The notes beneath the pieces are model-generated. The model made no database searches. It had not been told where the DNA came from and saw nothing but the letters and a program-made list of their open reading frames with translations. A stretch of DNA of 64,000 bases, from NCBI GenBank assembly GCA_905178155.1, contig CAJINV010000010.1, positions 186,001-250,000 of the forward strand, read 5' to 3'. Within the stretch, counting starts at the first letter, position 1, and every line of letters starts with the position of its first letter. Below, one piece after another: positions 51,950 through 61,700 of this stretch. Made by a program: the position numbers and the translations under genes. The DNA is from Amoebophrya sp. A120 (Eukaryota > Protista > Dinoflagellata).

Positions 51950-52438
51950 ATGGCCTTCTTTTGCTTTCAAACCTTAAAGGAAAACGAGGCAGATCACTAG
52001 ACTAGCAAGGGGACCAGGCGAGTCGGATGAAGGCAAAAGCAGCAGCTTCCGCTCGTGTAGTGCATTACAAATTACGTCGCTACTTTATGACCTTCTTTTG
52101 CTTTCAAACCTTAAAGGAAACTAGGCAGATCACTAGACTAGCAGGGGAACCAGGCGAGTCGGATGAAGGCAAAAGCAGCAGTTTCCGCTCGTGTAGCGCA
52201 TTACAAATTGCATCGCTATTTTCTGGCCTTCTTTTGCTATCAAACCTTAAAGGAAACTAGGCAGATCACTAGACTAGCAGGGGAACCAGGCGAGTCGGAT
52301 GAAGGCAAAAGCAGCAATTTCCGCTCGTGTAGTGCATTACAAATTACATCGCTACTCTATGACCTTCTTTTGCTTTTAAACCTTAAAGGAAACTAGGCAG
52401 ATCACTAGACTAGCAGGGGAACCAGGCGAGTCGGATGA
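51950..52438. repeat. 136-bp tandem repeat, ~3.6 copies
   Basis: Unit contains AAACCTTAAAGGAAACTAGGCAGATCACTAGACTAGCAGGGGAACCAGGCGAGTCGGATGA; period 136 (52027 vs 52163). Confidence 0.92.
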
Positions 52439-53008
52439 CAAATCTAAGAGCTAGTCTAATTATCTGTTTTATACGTTCATCCGACGTGACAGATTATAAT
52501 ACTTCGCAACTGCTACTGCACTTGCTTCTCATAGACAGTGCTTCTCTCGGAACGCAAATCGCTTTGATTCTTCCGCAGCGGGAATGTGGTAAAATCAATC
52601 GGGTGCTCGCTTCTTCGGCAATGTGGTAAAAATAAAATCAAAACTAGTAAATGTTGAAAAAACAAAATAGCTATAACTTGTCAAAACTAATCATGTTGAA
52701 AACTAAAATCCCAAAGGGAAGTTTGGCAAAACTAATTATGAAATCAATAAAGATAAAGATGATAGAAAAGACATCAGCGAGAATAAAGAGGCGTGTCCTG
52801 CGATAACTTTGTCTGGCAGTAAGCAATCACACACAGATAGTTCGAGCTACCTAGTGCAACCACATGCGAAATCGAGGACATTCTTATCCTGATTGATGTA
52901 ACGCGACAAAATGCAAGCGAGTATTGGAAAATGTCTGTAGTCGGATGATGACGCTATTGCACATCATGGATGGCGATAGAGATGAAGAAGTCAGAGCCAC
53001 ACTATAAC

Positions 53009-56000
53009 TTAAAGGAGCGCTTGGTTCATCAAGTCGAGAAGTTGTCTGGCGCGCTCTTGCTGGCCATTCTCCACATAGTAATTGAAAAGGAAAAGGAAGG
53101 TCGTTGCGTCAGGCCCTCCCACATGTTCGTCCTGAGAGAGCTGCTCTAAGACTCTCGCAAGGTCCTCGCTGATCTCAATGTCGCTTCTCGCGTCGCGGCC
53201 CGCGTTTTTTACGTGCGCCCTTATCATAACGTTGTAGGGACCGACATCCCGCACCACCCCCGCGCGGTTCATCCTTTCGAAAATACGCTCCACACCCTCG
53301 GGGTTGCCTCCCTCGGCGAACGCGCTCATTACCGCGGTAAAGGTGAAGACGTCCGGCTGCAGGCCTGCGGCCTCCATCTCTGTCAGAGTTTCCTCCGCGG
53401 CTTGGGTATTGCCACCCTTAGCGCGGGCATTGGCCAAAATGTTGTAGCTGACGACGTCCGGGCGCAGGCCTGCGCGCTCCATCTTCTCCAGCGCCCTCTT
53501 TGCGCCCTCAGCATTGCCACTCTTAGCGTGGGCAGTGGCCAAAATGTTGTAGGCGAAGGCATTCGGCTTCACGCCTACTTCAGTCATCCTCCGTAGGGAG
53601 GCCTCTGCGCCCTTCCAGTTGCCACATTTTGCGCAAGCGCTCATCAGGGTGTTGTAGCTGACGGCGTTCGGCGCCATACCTGCGTCGACCATCTTTTGTA
53701 GGGCCTCCTCTGCGCCCTCAGCATTGCCGCTTTTCGCGTAAGCGTCCATCAGGGTGCTGTAGCTGACGACGTTTGGGCGCAGGCCTGGCGCGCGCTCCAA
53801 TTTTTCCAGAGCCCTCTCTGCGCCCTCAACATCGCCCCTCTTCGCGTAAGCGCCAATCACGGTGTTGTAGCTGACGACGTCCGGGCGCAGGCCTGGCGCG
53901 CGCTCCAATTTTTCCAGAACCCTCTCTGCGCCCTCAGCATCGCCCCTCTTCGCGTAAGCGTCAATCACGGCACTGTAGCTGATTTCGTTCGGTTTCAAGC
54001 CTGCAGTCTCCATCCTTATGAAAGCTGCCTCCGCGGCTTCAACATTTCCGCTCCTAGCGTAGGAACTGATCAAAGTGTTGTAGGCGGCGCCATCCGGTGC
54101 CACGCCTGCGTCGATCATCCTTTGTAGGGCCTCCTCTGTGCCCGCAACGTTGCCGCTTTTTGCGCAAGCGTCCATCAGGGTGCTGTAGCTGACGACGTTC
54201 GGCGCCACACCTGAGTCGATCATCTTTTGTAGGGTCTCCTCTGCGCCCTCAGCATTGCCGCTTTTCCGGTAAGCGTCCATCAGGGTGCTGTAGCTGACGA
54301 CGTTCGGGCGCAGGCCTGCGCTCTGCATACTTTCCAGAAGCCGCTCCGCGTCCTCAGCGTTGCCACATTTCGCATAAGCGCTGATCGCAATGTTGTAGCT
54401 GCGTTGGTTCGGTTTCACGCCTGTCGCCATCATTTGGCCAAGAACTCTTTCGGCGCTCGGGCCGTCGCCACATCTAGCGTGCTTCTTCATGAGCAAGTTG
54501 CACTCGTGGACACTCGGCGCCACGGTTAGCATGCTGTTGAAGATGCTATCTGCGCCGAGAGCATCGCCCTCCTCGGTGCATTTTTGCATCTGCGTCCCAA
54601 ACATCGAAACCGGTGTCTTGAATAATCCAGTGTATTTGCTTGTCGGTTGTATGAGCTGCAAGCATGTCTGGATCCGGGAACTTGTGAGCAGGTTTGTGAA
54701 TGGTGGGCGCACTGCGTTACGCAGCCGCGCATAACAAGTTTATTCTTAGCCTTTATGTATTGCGCTTCCCAAATGAAAAACTGCATTTTTGCATGACAGG
54801 TAAGATGCTGCTTTCCTGTTCATGCATTAGACATTTCAGGGTCATGTGAGACAAGCATGACAAGAAGCTTGCGCGCCTCCAGACCCAGACATACAACTTG
54901 CACTTGATACAACGAGCACAGTCGCGAGCGCCACGTATGCGTTGCAAATGTGTCTGGGTCTGGAACAAGATTAAAGCTTTTCATGGTGCTCAGTCTCGAT
55001 CTCAAAATAAAAATCTGTGTTGCATGAACGCCAAAATTTGCCGACACCAGGCGGATTTTTCATGCGGAATATAATCAATATGCAAATGCATGAGGAGGGT
55101 CGTCTCGCCAGATCTGCGATGTTCCTGCACGCATTCCAGACAATGTGAATGCGTGCGGTCCGCGCATGACAAATCTCGCACTCATCTTCCAGACCCAGAC
55201 ATACACATATTTGCAATGCATAACCGGTCCCCCAGCTGCATTTCCACCTTTCCCGACAGACAGGCCGTCGCCTGTGGAACGCATAAGCGGTCCCGCTCCA
55301 GCTGCATGCTCCGCTCCCCCGCCAGCCAGGCTCTCGCTGATGGAAATCGAAATCGGTCCTCCAGCTGCATGCTCCGCTTCCCCGCCAGCCAGGCTCTCGC
55401 TGATGGAAATCGGAATCGGTCCTCCAGCTGCACTTCCACCTTTCCCGCGTCCCACGCGCGACGTGGATCTACGACGAGACTCCGGCCCTGTGCCGCCACC
55501 TTTGCCGCCGCTGCCTCGTCCGCGTCCCGTTCCCTTTATCGAACGACAATCAGCGCCACGTATGCATTGCAAATGTGTCTGGGTCGGGAAGAATGGAGCT
55601 TTTCATGGTGCTCGGTCTCGAGGATCTCAAAACAATCTGTATTGCATGAGCGCCAACATTTGCCAAGTTCTGGCTAGACAACAGGCGGAGTTTTCATGCG
55701 TAGGCATGAGGAGGGTCTCGCAACAAGATCTGCGATGCTTCCGCACGCATTCCAGAGAGTGATTGCGCTTGCGGCTGCGGTCGTCGGCGACACGCATGAC
55801 AAATCTCACACTCTTCCAGGCGCACACATATTTGCAATGCGTAATCGGTTCTCCGGCTGCAATTTCGCCTTTCCCGCATCCCACGCGCGACGTAGAGTGA
55901 TGAGGAGACGTCGCCGCCGGCCGACTCTGGGGCCCGGGCGATAAAGGCCTTGCGCAATGCCTGGTGTGGTCCCTTCTTCTGGACCAGGCCTTGAGCAATT

Positions 56001-56780
56001 TCTCGGCGCCATCCACATCCCTTTGCCGGAAAAGCGCCTTTCGCAACGATTTGTATTCGTGGTCCCCAGGCCGGCGGCTCTCGTTTCCCTCCAGCATTCT
56101 GAAAAAACACTTGGTCGCCTCCTCTAGCTTTCCTGCGGCTAGCAGATTTAGCACCTCGGAGCCTTCGCCACTTTTGGTAGATTCATCAGCCCCCTCCTGG
56201 CTGCCGCGAGGAACGTCCCCGCCGCTGCCTCCTCCCCCCGTCCTGTTCCCTTCATCGAGCGCGCCAGCTCCCATCTTGTTGCCCTTGCCGCTATTGTTGC
56301 TCCTGCTTGCGGGCCCAGCAGACGACCGCAACTGCACGGCCGCCACAGCCGGGAGAAAGTAGCTGGTAGTGCCTCGCGTCGTTTCAGAAGTTCCCTGTCC
56401 TCCCTATGAACTGCTTAGGTGTGACAATCTCAAGCGTTGCAATAGAATCTGGATTTCGCATTGAATAAAGAGCATGAGGAACATGGTCATGGATGCAGCC
56501 AGAGCTCTGCGCTTTTCGCAATACAGATTTCGCCAGATTCTCATCGGGTTTGAAGCTCCTGAACTTGTCATGCGCGTCAATTTATCTGTGACAACAGGCT
56601 AGATGCTGGACTTTTAGCAGGTTTCCATAATTCTATTTGTAACACTTGAGTTTGTCACGTCTAAGCACGCCATACTTTCAGCAGCGCTGCGAAAAATAGT
56701 TCTCCGTGCAAGTAGAAGACAGACACGCAACCTCCACTGGCAGAAGTTGCAAGGACGCTACGAAGGAAGCTGCGGGCCAT
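53009..56780 (-). CDS. Pentatricopeptide repeat (PPR) protein, ~883 aa, 5 exons
   Basis: About 13 35-36 aa repeats (PNVVSYSTLMDAYAKSGNAEGAEEALQKM). Upstream exons join in frame after four introns. N-terminus MARSFLRSVLATSAS. The 5' model is less certain. Confidence 0.88.
54650..54909. mobile_element. Introner family C-like (260 bp)
   Basis: TGTCTGG.TC / CCAGACCCAGACA arms; DR lost. Confidence 0.75.
54936..55222. mobile_element. Introner family C-like (287 bp)
   Basis: TIR TATGC.TTGCAAAT; paralogous to 55561-55843 including flanks. Confidence 0.8.
55561..55843. mobile_element. Introner family C-like (283 bp)
   Basis: Same GCGCCACG left flank as 54936. Confidence 0.8.
56405..56674. mobile_element. 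Introner (270 bp, singleton family)
   Basis: 30-bp IR TATG...TGCTTAG..GTGACAA.CTCAAG; DR CTCCC/CTTTC. Confidence 0.8.
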
Positions 56781-58767
56781 TTTTTTGCCGATAATACACT
56801 GAATTGAGTGAGTGAATGACTACTACTTAATAACTGCGACGAACGGCACCGGGCGCGATGCTCTAATTCTATGCTGCTTCTGCTTCTCGTTTGCACTGGC
56901 AGCAAGAAAGAACGTAGAAGTAGAGGGCGAGAGCCTACTTGTTATATAGAGCAATAATATTGATTTCCTTCGTGACTAACATACAAACACGGAAGCCACG
57001 GTTTTTTTAGCAGGATGCCTCGGACAAGAAACGATCGAAGCGAATAAAACACCTCCCAGCACTCAACGGTCTGAAAAACAAATATGCTTATTTTGAGCGA
57101 CAAATGCAAATCGAGGTCGTGTCTTTGTTACCAAATAAATCTCGCCTTAATATGATCTTCTTTTTCTTTTTACTACGAAGTAGTTAAAAAGTCAGTGCTT
57201 GTGTACTCAGCGTTCTAGGATTGGAGAAAAAATATTAATATTATGTAAAAAATCAGTATGCAGCTTTCAGCGGCTCCTTAGAAGTTTTGGAGGATAAATA
57301 AACCCGGAAAAGACAAAAGCCCCTGTGACGGCAGTTTGTTTCCTGGTATCGCGATCAATTCTTGTCTGATGAATTTGAATTGTTGACTCAGGCTATTTCT
57401 ATAGTTGCACTCCGGCCAAAGTGATTTATGACGGTTCCGCACGAAATTTATTTCCTTGCCTGCAGCAAGTAGAGAGAAGAAGTCGGCATATTAAAATGCT
57501 ACAACTTTGTGCGAAGTAGTGTGCTAGCTTGACCGATAGCGATAGGAGTCTCCATCAATTTCTATGCTGAATGATCTTCAAGCGAAATTATGATCTTAGC
57601 CTTTTATTTTGAGCCGTTGCAGACCTCGAAGCAGTGCGTTGTGAATATGAACCTCGAGCAAGTTGATCTATTTTGGCCAAAAATCAACAGCAGGACCACG
57701 GGATTTTTAGTCAGCGACGACCGACTACAGAGTTACGCTTTCTTTCCAGGATCATGATCGAGCGAATTTATAATTTCATACCCACGTCGGCGGGCTCTTG
57801 AATTTTTCTTCCATGGGTACTTCGAGAAAAAAGAATTATTTCATCTTGGGACCAAAACTACTGCATCGCTTTTCTTGCAGTCCTTTCCTCATCATATCAT
57901 CGGGCTTCGGATTATCAGAGCTCTCAACCGTGAAAAAGAAAAGTAAAAAAAAACAAAGCCAAACTAGATTGACTTTTACCACGCTGACAGCACTGCTGGT
58001 AGTGCTAGTACCTTCAAAACCGAGACGTCGGATGGTTGTACACCGAGATGACCATGATGCAGCTCCAGCTGCATCATTCGAAAGAAATAATTATATCCTC
58101 GTCCTGGACCACAAAAAAGTGTTAGCCCCGGTTGCTGCACCAGTTGCTTGTTCTGGTCACATTTTGTACAGGAGACAAGAAGACGTCGGCGAGGCGCCAC
58201 GACCGGTCCAAGCAGGCATCTTCGCACTACGCGGTTTTTATAAGATCTTGAATTCTAACTACTCTTCAACTCAATAGTGTACAGTTGTTCCGATGTGTCG
58301 TGACATGGTATTGCACATTTTTGGCATCCCTTCTTGTTGCCAACATCGCTCCATGTCCATGATAATAACTGAAACCATATTAACCAAGCTGTATCCGTAA
58401 GCTACAAAGAAGATTGACAACACCATACTAACGTGAAACTCGTTAGTACAGAGAATCAATTTGAATTTCGTAAAGACATAAGTCGACATAATTTCTTCAT
58501 CGTCGGCTATCCAACTTTGAACACATTGCATGAGGTAGAGTAACGAAAAATGTTGAAATTCTGTAAAATTTGGTAAACGTAAACTGAGATGAAACAAAAA
58601 AGAGTCAATGCTTGTATGAAACGTGTAATCAAAACTTTAAAACTAAAAGTCGGTGAAGGTTCTGTGATTATGAACCAACTATCTGCAGCTGGAAAATCGT
58701 GCACAACCTTGTAGTTGCACTATCTTCGTCGAAAATAAAAAGTTTCAGTTTTCGAGTATTATCCTCC

Positions 58768-61700
58768 TCACTTGTTCGAAGCGGTCGATTTCGGTGATTT
58801 CGATTTCATTTTCGACGAGAGTTTCACTTTTTTGTGTTTCGCATTGGACCTCTTGGCATCGTTCGGTTGAAAAGTGTTGTCTGAAAACTGTCCTTCTAGC
58901 GCCTTATACGCGGCATTCTTCCCCTATCCACAGTAAATTCAATATCCCCGCACACGACGTTGCTGCGCAAATGCAGATTCTGCATGACAGAACTTGCTTT
59001 CAATCTTATTCAGCAGGACAGGTGGCACACTGCTCCAAGGTGGCGAAATCATATTGTAGTCATGCATCTTGTACAACATGTGCGTCGTGTACAGGAACAA
59101 TAAATTTGCATTGCATATCCCGGAGGGTCGGAACTTGGCTAACTTTACCGAAGCTGCGATCGTTTATGCATTGCAAATGTGTCAGTCTGGGTCTGGACAC
59201 TTGTGATGCTAAAGTATCGATGAGTCTGGCGCTTTCAAGTGCAGCCAAGCATGACAAGTTTCTTTCACGCCGTCTGATGCGTATCACGCATGACAAACTG
59301 CGTCTTTGCATATACAAAAAGAAACGCCTTTGCTGGCTACGCAGCACAGATTTTTCAGGAATGCTAGAGATGCAACACAAGTTCCACATATTTTCCAGAC
59401 CCAGGCACATTTGCACTTGATATCGTTTCTCCGTGCAAGACTTCGGACTCGTCCCCACTGGTGTCGCTTTTCCTTCCGCTTTTGCGCTTTCCACCGCTGT
59501 GCTTCAGACTTGCCACTTGCCCTATGAAAGCCTCAGGTTGGAAATCCTCAAAGTGAAAATAATTTGTAATGCAAAAAAACGACTCCAGTTGGAGCACCAT
59601 TTATAGTCGGCGCATGACAAATTTCCCGGGCACTCAAAACGTGTCTGTCATGCTAGTTAGGCAAAGGGGTGCCCTCCTCTCATGCTAATCAGGAGCCCAA
59701 TTCTGAACCCGTAGAAGCACAATAGTCGGCCTCCATTGCGTTCTCTGCAATACAGTCTTTTTGGTGTCGCATTTCATGCATCACAAATTACTTCCACTTT
59801 GAGGATTTCCATTCTGAGGGTGTCATATGCCTGCCGTCAAAGTGACTGCTGTGCCCGCCCCCGAGTTTGCTCGCCCGGGCGCTGGACTGCTCTTGGTTCA
59901 AAGCACTGCCGCGCTGCAGGGCCGAGTATCAAATGCAAATATGTCTGGGTCCGGAAGGATGCAAGATTTGTCACGCAGGTTCTCGATGACCCATGAGGTC
60001 TGGAATGCAGCACCAAGCATGACAGATTCTGTTAGATCGCTATCATGCCTGTCCTGCATGAGAAATTCCCTCTCAACTTACTAAAAAAGGACGGCTGTTG
60101 GTAATCATGCAACGCAGATTTTTTGCATGATTCAGATTTAGCATGACAAGTTGCCATCTTCCAGACCCAGACATATTTGCATTTGATACCGAGGAAGAGT
60201 ACCCCAAATTGCTCACCCGGATCGAGGAGCCTTGGGGGCTCAGTGCGCTTTGTCGCATGACGCTACCGCGGGCGGTGGTCATTCTGGAGCGGCGTTGGAC
60301 CTCCTCGTTCCCCAGCACGGCGTCCAGCTGCAAGGTGAATCCCGCGGGCTTACTGTGCCGCCACAACCCCAGCATGTATCAAATGTAAAAATGTCTGGGT
60401 CTGGAAGAATGCAAGATTTGTCATGCATATTTCTCATGACCCATAATGCCTGTAATGCTTGAACTAGCATCGCAGACTTTTCGAGGGCTTCCTGATGCAC
60501 CTTCCGCATGAGAAATGGCCTGTCTGTGTAGCAAAAACTGTACCCATTTTGCTGGTCATGCAATACAATTTTTTTTAGAGTCCAAAAACAGCATGACAAA
60601 TTGCAATCTTCCAGACCCAGACATTTTTACATTTGATAGCATGAAGTCCCGCACCATACCCACGGTCGCGTTGCTATGGGAGTGTCAGGATTGAAATCAT
60701 CAAAGTTGACATAGTTTCTCATGCACAAAATGCAAGGCATGAAGTGCCTGTCTTGCCGGGATGGCAAGTGAGACAGATTGCGAGCCTATTTAGGGTTTGA
60801 AATAGAGCTGCTTAGAGAGCATGACAAAAGCAGTCTTCTGTGCCCAAACAGCATGACAAATTGGATTCCGGTGCTCCGAAAATTTGTCATGCGACGCTTG
60901 GAAATTGGGCTTCCAACTGGTATCCATTTTATGCGTGACAAATTAAAACTATTTCAACTTTGACGATTTCAATCCTGACGCTTCCATAGTTGCCCTTCCC
61001 GAGCTTCAGCTTCTTGTACACATTCAAATTATACAGATCCGGTTCGGGCACCAGGTATGCATTGCAAATATGTCTGGGAGGTCTCCTTGGCAAAGTGCCA
61101 AGTTAAAATTTTTCTAATGCATATTTTCCATGACCCATGACGTCAGTGATGCATGCTCTAGCACCACAGATTCTGCGAAAGCTTTCTGATGCTCATACCG
61201 CATGAGAAATTATGCCCTCTTTGCTTGGCAAAAACAGGACCGCTTTTGGTGTGCATGCAATACAGATTTTATGTAGGGTCCAAAGGTAGCATCACAAGTT
61301 GCATCCTCCCTGACCCACCAGACATATTTGCAGTTTATACCAGGTCCCGTTTGTCGATGTGTTTGGAGGAGACCGCGGTGGCGAGCCTCGTCAGTATCAA
61401 CTGTAAAAATGTCTGGGCCTGGAAGATTCTGACACTTGTCATGCACGTTTTGCATGAGCCATGAATTCTGTGATGCATACCCTAGCAATACATATTTTTT
61501 GAGGGCTTCCTGATGCGTATTCCGCATGACAAATGCCTTCTCAGCGCAGCAAAAATTGCATTTCCTTTGGTACTCATGCAATACAGATTTTTTTGGAATC
61601 CAAATGCAGCATCACAAGTTCCAATTCTTCCAGACCCAGACACTTTTGCAATCCATAGTTAGATACGGATCCTTAAACCCGCTCCCCTTCAACACCTCTA

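Noticed and set aside
51950-52438. CRISPR, snRNA or spliced-leader array
   Set aside because: Whole units repeat with no unique spacers, and no dinoflagellate SL or U-snRNA signature was recognised.
57000-58700. Short ORFs in the AT-richer spacer (57798-58277, 58271-58597)
   Set aside because: No motifs or intron-supported model; treated as intergenic or UTR.
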